From positions 88,846,001 to 88,910,000 of the forward strand of contig JBITNC010000001.1 of NCBI GenBank assembly GCA_050084985.1: a DNA stretch of 64,000 bases, written 5' to 3'. The position numbers and the translations under genes are program-made. This stretch comes from Nageia nagi. Lineage: Eukaryota > Plantae > Pinophyta. Every line of letters starts with the position of its first letter. The stretch's first letter is position 1. Shown in pieces: positions 37,801 to 51,309 of the stretch. Under the pieces are notes generated by a model. That model worked only from the letters and a program-made list of their open reading frames with translations, searched no databases and was not told where the DNA came from.

Positions 37801-40800
37801 TTAAGCTATTGTAACTATTTTCTAGGGAGCCTATTGGGATTATGTAAACTATTTTCTATTCTATTTTTTGAAAGTAATGATAACTACTTTTTTTGTAACT
37901 ATTGACTATTTCTTAGAACTAATTGTATATAGTTAACACCATTTTGTATACTGCTAGTCTATTTTGCATATAATTAAAAAATATTTTCTAATACATTATC
38001 AAAATATCATTTTGTGAGGAGCATTTTAATTACATGAATGTATCCTTTTCATTCAATAGTAGCTAAATTGTAAAAAATATTTATTCATTGCTACAATAAA
38101 TCAATTTTCAAACAAATTCTATCATATAAGTTGAGTATTAATTAGCAAAAACTAAACTATGAGTTTGTGACATAATTAACTAATAGTAACTGTATATCCA
38201 TACATATTTTTCCAAAGAAATAAGTACATTTTGGTATGGGTATACTCTTTTTTGCAACCTTACTGTTGTTGGAACAACAATACTTAGTCAATTTTAGACA
38301 TTTATTTTGATGTTTAATTTTGGTGAAAGTTTGATAGTTTTGGCATGCACATGTTCCACTATACAGGTGGTAGAATCAGTAAGGGAGAGGACTTAGCCGA
38401 TTTCAAGGCATTTTCACAATGTTCAATTTTGGCAAAAGTCTAATAGTTTTTTAGGCATGAACATCACCAAAGTGGAAACAAAGTTAGTAAAATATCACAC
38501 TTAGCCATTTTCTCATGTCTTATGAAGAATTTAATTTTTGTGAACCTTCAACAAAGCGAAGAGGACTATTTTTCATTGGAACAATGAAAAACTCTTTCAA
38601 GGTATCTACATCAAATCAAGGCCTTGCCTTAAGTGACTTGAGCACAGAGTAAGAAAAATTTCATATGTATATAATCTCACATATTCCAATTTTGGATATT
38701 TAGGTTCCAACTACATAGATTCAAGAAGAAATAGAGAAGTATATCATAAGAGGTCTTTTTGTTCAAGTATTTGGTTCTTACAAGTATGTCAAAATGCAAG
38801 TACCTGCAAATAGCATTATACATCTGGTAAAATGTATTTTCTTTCCAAGAAGACATTTCAATTGCTAGATTCAAGTTTCAAGCTTTGGATACATCAAAGG
38901 CATCAAAATGCATAGGTAATTATTCTATAAGATTAAATATTTGGATCTAAGTTGTAAATTATATCAGGATCAAATCTGATATAAAATTAGTTATAGATAT
39001 TTTCATATGCTAGAGTTTGTTAGGAGTTAATTATTGTAAATTCCTTGGCATACAAACTATAAGTAGTGGTATTATTAAGAATAAATTGATCAAATATAGT
39101 AGATATTACCCTTGTTTTGTACTTGTGTCAAATGATAATAGAATATAATATGCTTCTTGATCTCTTAGCTATGATCTATTTTTTGTTATTCTTAAATGGT
39201 TGTGTAATATACCTATTTATACTTCATGTATTGTGAGAGATAATTAGTAGCTAATATGTATCTATAAAGCACTTGTACTTTGTTATTTCTTGGAGTGTCA
39301 TGCTTAATTTGATGGCTATAATATCAAACTATTTGATCAGCTCAAATTCTACTTTAATGAATGCCTAAGATGGTTTAGATTTATTTGATTTACTTATTTG
39401 TACTCATTAGCATGGTAGTTTAGATTTACTTCTATTTAGCAAGTTTATTTCCCACATAATTTGCTTTTGTAATTTGTATTTACTTAGTCTGACCAAGAAA
39501 GGAGCTAGCCTTCTTTAGAGATCAATTTCTAGTAGTAGAAATTATATCAACAGAATTATAATATTTGACTTTGATACATGAGATCATGTATTACCACATT
39601 TTAATCAATAGTATTATAATTTTTTCTAGCAAGGTTGATGGTATGATCTCCTACCTTGTTCATATTATGCATTGTATTTGTATCATGATGGTAACTCTAG
39701 TTGGATGAAACCTAATCTTTCTTGATAAAGATTTGAATTTTAAGATTAGATCCTTCAAGATCCACTTCTTTCATATTTTGTTGATTATGAGAACAAGATC
39801 TTAGACTAGGAAAGCCAAAGAGTTCCCTAGCACTATAAGTCCCCCAAGATCTATTAAAACCCTAATTAGAAAATCCAATTCTCTCACATATCTAACTCAT
39901 ATTTTAAATTCCATTGCATTAAATTCAATTTCACCTTTCAATCAAAGGAATATAATTAATCAACCTATTTAAATAACTTAGCAAGTCACACCTCATGTTT
40001 ATCCAAAATGGAACTCTTCTAAAGCTCTTCAAATATCAAATGCTCATGATGCAAGCTGCTATATATTTGCAACATTGGGATGGTTATGAAAAGATCACTT
40101 ATGAACACTATCAATACATTATGAATATGGAGAAGGAACATAATATACTACATGAATACATGATGCTTAGATTACTTTTTATGTCTCTCTCCAACAAATT
40201 TATGTACTAGTATCGAATGCTTTTGACTAAGTCCATATCCACATGAGATCAGCTTATAGAACCCATGATTTTGGAATTTAACAAGGTTGATGATCCTTAC
40301 TCTTTGATGTCTCAATTTATTATTATTAAAAGAGATCCTATGGAGAATATATCTAACTTTAACCTTAAATTTGCTAAATCTTGGGCTAGAGTCCCCTTAT
40401 CTATGAGATCACACTTCCATGGATTTAATATTTTATCTCAAAGCTTTTACTCTTGATCTAGCTGCTAGGATCTAGATGATTAGTCCTCAATAATCTCCTA
40501 AAATCTATAAAGCTACTTTACAAGCTGAAGTTTCCCTCATTCCAGTGAGAAATCTTCCCTTCAAGGTATTTACAGCTATTATATATGCACCCTCTTCTTC
40601 CATGCAACCTCCCATGCAAAATTACCCTCCCCTACCTAAAGCTTAGGCACCTTAGTTACAAATACTGATATGGTAACGTCAACTTGCTTTACTTGCTTTG
40701 TAATCACAACTTACTTTACCTATTTTTATTCCATAATTAACACTTCCTACACCTACTTCTAGTAGCAATGTGCAGCAGTAAGAAAATACCAACCAAATGA

Positions 40801-43800
40801 AGATTGTTGAATTGAAATTTTTGGTGAGGACTCTATCTAACCAAAGGATAGTTGAACAAAGAGCATCTCAAATGAGAGATTACTATGACCATAGTAATTA
40901 TGTAGGATAGTAGATAAGGTATCCCTTGCCTTCCAAAGATCAACCACCATAGTAAAGGGAACCCCCTTGATCTAATAGAGTTTATATGTCTCCTAAGGTA
41001 TATAATCCTCCACCTAATCAAGATTGGTGTAGGGCTTGTAACAACCCTCATATTCAAAATTCTTATCCCATATATCAACATCAGATGAGGTTAGTAGCTG
41101 ATGGAGGGGTTGACACTAGTTATTATATATCTAAAGCAACATTAGAAGCCAATTTCATAATTTTTCTAGAATCTTCCAATAGAGAGATTGAAACTAAGTC
41201 TATATCCAAATAGTTTCCATCCCAAAGGTAGATTCAATCTCACCCTATTAATCCCAATTAATCACCATCAATTTTATATAACAAGTTACCATCAAAAAGG
41301 CCTCTAGTAAAATCTACTTCCATGGAAAAGAAATTTTGAAAAAGCAAGTTCTAAGAAAATAGTGAGTTGATCAACCTTATACTTCCTTAGAGGTACAAGA
41401 AAGGGAGAAACCTAGATACCTATCTCTAATAAGGGACCAGAGGGAATAAGCAAGTTAATCCTATAAAATAAAATATCAAGATGAAAGTTCTTCTTGCATT
41501 TCTCCATACAACAATATGGATGAGTTGAAAAGCATACCATCAAGTGCATCACTCTTTGATGCTTTTTATATTCTTGTATAGATCAACCTATTGAAGGTAG
41601 CACTCATGATTCATACAAAAGGAGATGATAGCTAGAATTACAATTTAGATGCAACTGCAAAGTTTCTAGGTATGGGTAAAAATAAACCTTCTCCTTTCTA
41701 TATTTCTCTTGAATTAAAAGGACACATTGTCCATAACTGCATGATAGATTCAATGGAAATCATGATTGTAATGCCATATAAGGTGTCTAGTGTCATAAGA
41801 TTAACCTACACTAGATACTCCCCTAGAATTATACAATTGGATGGTATGAATATCAAAACCATTGGTGTAGTAAAAGATGTCTTAATGAAGCTTTACAAAT
41901 ATTCTAGAGTCTCAATCATCTAGGATGTCATAGTTGTAGACCTTCCCCCTATGTTTGGTGTGTGTCTTTCAAGAGAGTTTACATTCAAATTTGGAGGGTA
42001 CCTACCTATGGATTATTTCCATATAACTATTTCTTTGAATAATAGAATATTTAAGGTTTTCAATGAACCTGCTACTAGGTTTCTCATTGAAAAATTTCCT
42101 CAGGTAAACTTGATATGCAATCAGGATTTGTTAACTAATGCTACTAAAATGGAATTAGATTCTATAAATTTAGTTATTAAACTCATGATCAAATATATTG
42201 AGAGTAAAGGCATGGGAAACTACATAATTCTTGAATAGATAACTAATCTTTCAACCCTCACCCTTTAGGAACTAAGAGAATAAGAGTTATGGATAATGCA
42301 CTTTGATGGAGCAAAATAAAATAATGGTGTTGGTACTAGGGTTATCTTGAGGTTTTCATCCAACAAAACAAAGAGATACTCCTTTCATCTAATCATGAGT
42401 TGCACAAATAATGCAACATAATAAAAATCCTATGCTTAGGGCTAGAATAACCAAACAAAGTGAAGATAAAATGTTTAACCATTTTTGTTGATTTATAACT
42501 AGTTATCAACCAAGTGACCAATAGATGTTCAAAAAAGCATCATTATCTTAAAAAATACATAAATAGAGTATGAGATTTATTAGATAGTTTAAATTCTCTT
42601 AAATTTACAATAGTCCTTAGGGATAAAAATAGTTAAGTTGATGCCTTAACTCATAAAGGATCAAATTTTCATCCTACTCATAATTGGTTAAGGAGAAAAG
42701 GCATTCAACTTATTTTCAAGCCTTATGTTCTAGAAAATGACTATTTCAAGTAAGTATTTTATAATAATAAAGACATAAATGCTTTCTTGGATACTCAACT
42801 AATATGTTCAAATAGCCAAGAGTTACTTGCTGAGGCATTCAGATAAGAAGATGTGTTACAATTTAGAAATAGTACTTTGCCAAAAGGTATTATTGCATTT
42901 GAAAATATTTTTAACAGAGATGATTTGTTGATAAGAGAAAATATTTTAGCTTCTCCCAAGAAATTTAAGGAGTTATAAATAGCTTCAACAAAGTTCTAAA
43001 AATTGGTATAAGCAACTCATTAAAAGATATTCTAGAGATAGTTGAAATCATGAAGGATTTTGTTGGTATCATGGCCTGGAGCTATGATGACTTGAAGGTG
43101 TTCAATAGAGATGCTATTCAACACACCATTGAGTTGAAGGAAGGGTTAATTCCTTTTTAGTAGAAATAAATTCTAGTAAATCCTAATATTAAGGTGATAA
43201 TACAATAGGAGATTCAAAAGTTGTTTTAGGAAAAGATCATATATCCCGTCAAGTATTCTACTTGAGTGGCTAATCTAGTACCATTTAGGAAGAAGAATGG
43301 AGATATTAGGTTGTGTGTGGATTTTATAATCTTAATAGAGCCTCACTTAAATATAATTACCGTTTTCCTCTAATAAAATAAATTCTACATATTATTGCAA
43401 GATTTGAATGCTTCTCTTTTCTTGATAGATTCTCTAGTTATAACAAGATCTAGGTAAAGGATAAAGACTAGCATCAAACCGCATTCACTACAAAGTGAGG
43501 TACATTTTCTTTCCAATGAATGCCATTGGTCTATCCAATGCTGAGGAAACATTTCAAGGATAATGGAATATGCATTCAGGGAGTTAATGAACAAATCTAT
43601 TTTGGTATATTTAGATGATATTATAGGTTTTTCAAAAAAGAAGAATGATCACTTGTAGCATATTCAAAAAACTTTCATGAAGTGCCAAGAATTCATAATT
43701 TCACTAAATTCAAAGAAATCTATTTTTTTTGTGGATCAAGGAAAGTTACTAGGACATGTAATCTCAAAAAATAGATTCTCCATTAATTCAAAGAGGGTGG

Positions 43801-44344
43801 AAGCCATTTCCAAGCTTTCCATTCCATTTAACATCAAGAAGCTATAAGCCTTTTTGAGTTGAATCAATTTTGTGAGAAGGTTCATTCAAGATTTTACTAA
43901 AATTATTAACCTATAATAGAACTATTCAAAGATAATGTTCCTTTCAAGTGGACACCAGAGTGAGTGATGGCTTTTGAATAGATAAAATTTGTTACTATGT
44001 CCATTTTGATCTTAAGTAATCTAGATTTTTCAAGGGAATTTGTCTTCTATGCATATGGAGAAAAAAAAAAAAGCATTATTGCAGTTCTAACATAAAAAGA
44101 AGACAATCATGATGAATATCCCATAGAATTATTTAGCCAAACCTTTCATATATCTAAGGATAGCTATGCATTTATTAAGAAATAAGTGTTCACTATTATG
44201 AAATCCCTTAACAAGCTCAAGCACTACATTTATCATAACAAGATCATAGTGCTCACCATCCACCCAAATGTTTAGAGATATATTATGCAAGGTGAGATGG
44301 ATTCTAACAAAGCTAGATGGATTACCAAGATTCTATAATATAAT

Positions 44345-45826
44345 TGTTGATCAAGATTGTGTAATATGTGCGCCTGGAACAATCTTAACCAAAGTAAATC
44401 ATGAACAGACTGTGGGAGCAGCCTGCTCTCCGGAGAAGGCCGGTTCCTTATCCATTGGGTAGAGAAAAAGTAGCAGGAAAGAGACAAAAGGGTAGGGTGC
44501 GAGAAATTCAAGCAAAAGGATAGGGTAACAGGAAAGGAAGTAAAAAGGATAGAGTAACGAGAGAGAAAGCAAAGGTAGATCACTAGTTCAGCGCGGGCTT
44601 TCGCAGTATGCGAAACCTTGGCCTGAATCTAGTGTCACAGCCACATAACAAGTTCTCACTCTCTGAATAGCCTCCCAGCTTCTACTCTACCATGTAGCAG
44701 ACACAGTTATACTAGCAACTCACGATTATTATTCAGGAAACAAGCTAAGCTGCCACAATGTAACCAAATTAAGAATAACAATTACGAGTGCTAGACAAGA
44801 AAGGTCAAGATGGTATCATATTGCCGGCCAAAAACTACAGGTCTTCGAGAACAAATGTAAAGGGCAATACTAGGCTTCCGACCCTTCTTTCACTTTATTT
44901 TCATATACTTATACTGTAGTAACAACAGTTACAAGATTTGTAGAATAGAAACGTTTACAAAAATGGCCTCAAGATTCTGGCCTTCTTAAATTGACACCAC
45001 CTACATACGCCACTTGGCCGTCTGTTACAAAGTTGGGCAGATTGCAGATGATACTGTTCCTTGATGATTGTGCTCAGGCATCTTGCAGACTTCCTCTCTT
45101 TCAGGATTTCTTAATTCTCTGGCTCAGGGTCTTTAATCTTTCTTTGCGGGCCTATTTTCCTCCGGGACTCGGTTTCATTCACCAATGTTAATCTTGTTTC
45201 TTTCCCTGACATCAGCTTCATATCTCCGGAATATTTCGCTTTCCGGAGAGACTTGTATTGATCTCATCACCTCCGGGGCCGGTTTCATTCACAAATGTTA
45301 ACTTTGCCTTTTCTTGTGATGTCATCCTCAGACTTCCGGAACGATTCACCTTCAGGGCTCCGGATACTGAATTACTCCTTCCTGATGTCATTTCTTCCGG
45401 ACTCCGGTTTTCCTCAAAATGTTAACTTCATTTTTCACCATGACGTCAGCTTCATATTTCCGGAATGCATCACTCACTGGCTCCGGATACTGGATTACTT
45501 CACACTGACATCACCTCCTCTGGTCTCCGGTTCCATTCAAAATGTGAACGTTGTTTCCCCGTGACATCATCATTTCATTTCTCCGGAATGCTTTGTTTCC
45601 CAGAGAAACTTATGCTGACTTTATCTTTTCTAGAACTTGGTCTTCACCAAAAAAAATAATTATCTTATCCTCCGCACGTCTCCACTTCATTCTAGAAAAC
45701 TTTACTCTGACTCCGGACTGCTTTATCCGCTCCGGAAAAACTCCTGGAGATCTTCGAATGAATCCGTAGAGGCAGGTAGAGTACACCGTGGCTTTACTTC
45801 AAGGATTTATTATGGAGGAATCTACA
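44345..45826 (-). repeat. 3' LTR of the young element (1482 bp)
   Basis: Direct repeat of 51339-52814. Confidence 0.95.
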
Positions 45827-45933
45827 TTATGGCGACTTTGGGGGAAAATTTCACCTTTATCAAAGAGGAATTTAGAACCCAAACCTTTATTTCCATGAAT
45901 CAAAAAATTGGACTTGCCTTCAACTCTGTAGAC

Positions 45934-48900
45934 TCAGGATTTGCTGGACTTTACTCCAGTCTGCCGGGATCCCGAAAAATCTTTTAGCCTCGCATGAGCT
46001 AAGGCTGTATGGTTCAACACTTCGTAAGATACATTGGCATGTTTCCTCAATAATTGTTGTATGCGAAATCCGCCGTTAGCCAAAGAATCAAAGAATTTTA
46101 CGAAATTGGTTTCGTCAAAGGAAACTAGGAGCGTATCGACATCATCAGTACTTTGAATCCTATTCTGTAGACTATTCAAAAACTCAGCCTCTGAGACAAG
46201 CGAGCCATCGCTTTTCCATAACTCTGGGATTCCAGATGCATTCAACCCTTGTATCTCTGATTTAGATTTTCCATTTCTTGCGTCCGACGTAGGACATTAC
46301 TCTGGATCTCCTGACAAACCCATTTACCCCTCACTGGGTAATCGATTGCTGACATGAGCTCCACTCGATCACCAATATTATATGACTGTAATTTTTCATT
46401 TGAGAGGAAGTTCAGTCTTTTATTCGCTTGCTTTGCCTCTTCTGAAATAGGATTCAAAATACTTTCACATCTTGTGACCTCAGCTTCGAGCCTTTTGAGC
46501 TCTGATAAACATGACTCCACATAGTCCCTTAGATGAATTAAGTCTTTGACTTCCTGCATCCTCAGCTCCCAAAATTTTTCTTTTGTATTTAACAGAAAAG
46601 ATTTGTCTACTTTATTTGCATTCAGCTTTGCTTGGAGTTCCACCATGTTAGCATTCAGACTGCTGATCTCTGCTACTCTGATAGTTATTTCTGCATCTCT
46701 TTGAGCGATGATAGCATCCTTTTGGCCCAGCATATTCGCTATAGGAGCCGCCGCTAAACTAGTCTTCAAAATCGATATATTATTCTCCGCAGCCTTCAGT
46801 TTTATTTTATTCGTGTATAATTGCTGCTTCATGGCTTCATGGGCCTTTTGCAGCTTATGGTATTTGACCTCTAACTTGGTAAGTTCTGATATGTTGAGAT
46901 CGACAGCTGTTTGTAGGAGCTCGTTCTTATCACTCCTAGATATGCTGCGGGTGTCAATCTTCACCCGGGTGTTCATGGATGACAAATCACTTAGCCCTTC
47001 TTGTGGATCCTGGACAATAGCCATTTCCAGCACCTTATGCTTCAGATCCATGGATGTCCGAACCTTACCGGATTTTCTGGAAGTGGAAGTTTTTTCGCTT
47101 GCTTCTGCATCCATGACTCCTGCCCTTGTTTCATCTGCTGATACTGCTGCATGATGCCATCCACGGATATCTGCTGCCCTGATATCATGATGAAAGGGGA
47201 TCTGCACTCAACTCCTGAGATGAAGCAGCTACGATCTGTTGAGCTGGTGTCACGGGACTAGCTTGGTTGGCCCCGGGGTTACTGCTACCGGAAGGATTAG
47301 CGGCAGGAAGTGTTGGGATAGATGAGGGAGCGGACGATGGAGGTGGGGATGGTGGAGGCGATGAAGGTATTGTAACAATGCTTGTGGTAGGAGGAGCTTG
47401 TATACTGGGTGTAGGAGGAAGGGAGCTCTGCCATTGGATAGATGGTGGTGTAATGAGAGATGGTATGGGTGCAGCTGGAATAGCCACCGGAATTGGGGGA
47501 AGTGTAATGGGAATAGAAATGGGAGCGGTAAGGGTAGGTAGAGCAGAAGTAAGAGAAAGAGGGGAAGAGGGAGTAGAAAGCGTACCTGATGGGGTCAGGC
47601 TCCTCCTTCTTCTCTTTGGCGATGATGGGAGCGGTGCCTTCTCTTTCTGGATTTTCCTTTTAGCTGTGTATACTCTCTCAGGCCTCCTAGCCACCGTCTC
47701 TGTGGGAATCTCCATGATCTCCTCCTCGTGTTGCTTCCCCCGAGCTGATGCTTGAGACTTTGCATGTCCCTGCTCTCCCTCCTCGTCACTGTCATCTGAA
47801 TCTTTGCCTGTGGGGACTTCTGTGGGATGCTCTATTCCCCACATCTCCTTAAATTTATCGTCTAAATCGGAATCTAGAGGAGTATTCGATTCCCAGACTC
47901 GATCCTGTACTGGGTAAAGGCAGCTATTTTTTCTTCACTCCATCTCTGATCTCTTAGTGTTTTCAAAGCCTTTTTTGAGATGGAGTCGGTTTTCAGGTCA
48001 AAAATGGCTTTCCTGTTATAGAAACTCAGCCACGGCGGTAACAAGTCCTGGGTGATTACGGCAGTGGGCATCACCTTGTCTTCCTACTTCGGATTTCACC
48101 ACCTAAGTAGCTCTGGCTTATTTTCGGCTCTAAAAGCTGGGGAATTGGGTTGGCTTCTCAGCTTCTTGCCAAAAATATCCTCTGGATCATATAAAAATAT
48201 GAACTCAATTCCTTCAATTTTAGTTTCAATAATTTGCCCCTTAAATAGTCGCTTGCTCCCCTGCTTTGTAGCACCAGGTCATGCACTTTGTGGGGGAGAG
48301 CATAGACTCCTCTCTTTTTGGCGGTAGCTCCGTATTTGGAGTCAATATAATCCATCTATCTGGCATATTCCACACTGAAAATCCAATCAGTCACATGGAC
48401 TGGTAGCAAAAACGGGGCCCCAGAAAACCCATACAGTCTTATGAAAGTCCCATTTTCGCAAAAAAACTAGTCCCCGACCTCTCCATGGGGCATGCGGAGG
48501 TATAGTTTGGAGGCTGTTGATAACCTCGGAACTCAGGGGTTAATAGACCCATTGCTGGAACTAAAAATTTCTCCACAAAGGAGTAGTAATTTGCCGAGGA
48601 CCTCACCTCCTCGGTCCATTTGTCCACTGGCTTTGAGACCCATCTTCATTACTCTGGACCAGGGTTAAATTTTTGAAAACCTCGGTATTTTGATGAATCA
48701 TCATCCAGACAATGTATGATGTATAAGCAAAATGAAATCCATCACCAATCCTTACTAGCTGTTCTGATATTCCATCCGAAAGGGCACTAGCCCAGTCATA
48801 CATTGCGGGAGAAACTGGGTGAGAAATTCGATAAGCTATAACCAACCTCGAAGGTGAGACGTATCTATCTGTTTCCTCCCCTGCTGCTATGGCTAGCATG

Positions 48901-49403
48901 GACAATAGTAATTGTAGATGTGCAGAAAAATTTGAGAGTGGGAGTTCAGAACTGGGGAACTCTCTAAACTTTGCGGACCCGCTGTATTTTTATTTAGCCA
49001 AGCAGTGATATTTGCTCTTAGGTTGGCGCTAGGTGTGATATACCAATCAATTTGCATGAGGGGAACCATAGGAGGGGGTGGACTGAAAGCCTCTGCTATT
49101 GCAACAGAATCCAAATTTAGGATAGTTCTACCTTGCAAGTCTCTGACTATCCTAGTTGCAGGATCGAATGCCCCTCTTATGATTTCTACCAACTCGGGAG
49201 CAGGAAAGCATCTATGAGGGATCGAAATGCATGAGACCCGAACCCATTGGGGAATGAGCTATATGATTGAAGCTGAAGTTTGGGCACTTACCTTCCGCAG
49301 TGCCCTTGGGGTTCTTATTCGGGGCTGTAATCTCGGTATCCCACAATAACTCCATGGAATCTGAAACCTTCCTTGCCGTCTTTGCCACTGATCCTGAGCT
49401 CAT
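45934..49403 (-). pseudogene. Extra ORF (~1150 codons, broken): PMD/Transposase_32-like N-terminus, acidic/basic linker, Pro/Ser-rich tract, coiled-coil C-terminus
   Basis: Chain of abutting minus-strand ORFs (49403-49212, 49192-48893, 48905-48603, 48627-48439, 48355-48158, 48074-47874, 47844-47185, 47207-46242, 46245-45934) linked by frameshifts or stops. Domain call is by motif resemblance only. Confidence 0.7.
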
Positions 49404-49942
49404 TCTTGTCCGCTTGCGCTGTGCTTATCAACCCTTCTTGTACCACTTCTTTTGCCTATGACCCGGATTCTTTTGCTATATTTCATAGCTCCTGGCAATG
49501 CTCAGTAGACACTAACTTTGCAAATTCGTGAGCCAAAGCTTTCTATGAATCCTAGCATTTAGGTATCTTGGTAAGTAGTGCTCTGGGTCTTTTAATAGCT
49601 CATTTAGATGCACGATCTTTCGGGGCACGGGAAAATCACCTCACGATAGCAGCATTAATAACTGATTTGGTATTTTACGATCTTTTTGGGAACCCGAGAT
49701 TTGAATTCCTGTACCCTTTTGGAAACTTCAATTCTACCGGTGCAAAAAGGTGCCAATATTATTAACGCTATGCTACTAATAAATCACTGACAACTATCAC
49801 AACTCGAAATAAATGCAAACCTCATGCTATTTACAATATGTGTACACCTCATCTTCCCTCTTTCAAACGGTCATTATCCCGCGCTGGCGGGCTTCAGTGA
49901 AACTCCTATATTCGCTGGCGTAGAATTCACCAGGTTCACATT

Positions 49943-51191
49943 TCAGTTTATGTCATCAGCTACACCAGGCGGAGGAATACCCCCACTCCTCGACAAATAC
50001 TCCTGATATTGATAAATAGGGCAGGTTGTTTGTTCATGAGCGTCATTACAGGCCAAACACAACCCAGTAACTACCCCGGAAGAGGAATCTTGGTCCACGT
50101 CCTCATTTAACACATGTTGAGCCTTTTCTACAGCAGGATAGGGATACCTTCTGGCATTGCTTTGTCTGGTCAGAATGGTAATCTGGTTTGCCATATTTCT
50201 ACACAAATTCGAAGTTCTGAATTTCAGTGATGAAGATACCCATTGGTTCATATTAGGCTGAGGAGGGGCTTGTAAGGCCAAGGGAGCTCTAGGGACCGGC
50301 AAATTTGATGGCCAAGGTTGAGCAGGAGCAGGAATATTTGCCAGAGGTGGCACTAAACTAATTACTGGAGGTCTCCACATCTGCTGTTGTGCGTTATTGG
50401 AAAATAGGGCATTGGCATACGGCTTGGTAATTTTCCAACTGCAATAAGACAGGATTCAGCATATACTCTTGTCTATAGACCTCCGGGAAAGTATTCACTC
50501 CGGAATTTTGGATTTGCAGAGAGAGATCGGAGGAAAGGCTCTCAGGTAATACATTAAGGCTTGAAATTGCTGAGGCCTGACTGGCATGGGTACTCTTGTC
50601 CAAGTTTTCTGGAATCTAATGTTGAAATCCGAGATATTTTCTTGTTCATATCTTTTGATTGAGGTGAACTGTGTCAACAGAGAAAAGGGATCTCCTAATT
50701 CATTAAACTCCAGGATAAAGGGCTCTGCCAGTTGAGCCCAAGTAGTGATGGATCCATTAGGAAGGCCCCTGTACCAATCCAGGACCTTTCCTTTGAAAGA
50801 CTGAGCCAGTAATCTCACCATAACATCTTCATGCTGAATATTGTGAATCTTGGCTAAACCGGCAACATCAACACAGTGCTCATAAGCCATTTTTTCTGAA
50901 GTTGCATCAAACTCGGAAGGGTTTTGAAAACATTTGCTGGGATATCATGCAATACCGCCAGGGCTATTGGTACTCCATTGTCCCATTCTGGATAAATATT
51001 TTGGACTGGATTAGCCATTCCAGGGAAAGTATTTCTAGTATGAAGATTGGATAATTCTGGCTTGATAAAGGATTCTAGGGAGTCGACACTATTCAGAGAC
51101 TTGGACTTGATCAGGGTCTTTCTCCTAGGAGTATCTAACTTCCTAAACTCGGTGCTTCTTTTGCTGCTCTAGTTTTAGATCTTGTCCACAT
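49943..51191 (-). pseudogene. gag: Retrotransposon gag (Retrotrans_gag plus Zn knuckle), with frameshifts
   Basis: MWTRSKTRAAKE start; VRLLAQSFKGKVLDWYRGLPNGSITTWAQLAEPFILEF; CLACNDAHEQTTC. Confidence 0.85.
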
Positions 51192-51309
51192 AAACTCCAG
51201 GTTGCAAAAGAAAATGACAGGTTCAAAAGCACATATGATATTTACAAATAATTTGCTTTAATACATACCATGTATAGTGCTTCAGCAGAGTGCCAATAAG
51301 TTTCTTCAC

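Noticed and set aside
44268-45987. Short ORFs duplicated at 51242-52870
   Set aside because: They lie in the two LTRs; duplication reflects LTR identity, and frames differ between copies.
46708-47755. Plus-strand ORFs of 148 and 162 aa
   Set aside because: Antisense shadows of the Pro-rich and coiled-coil minus-strand ORF.
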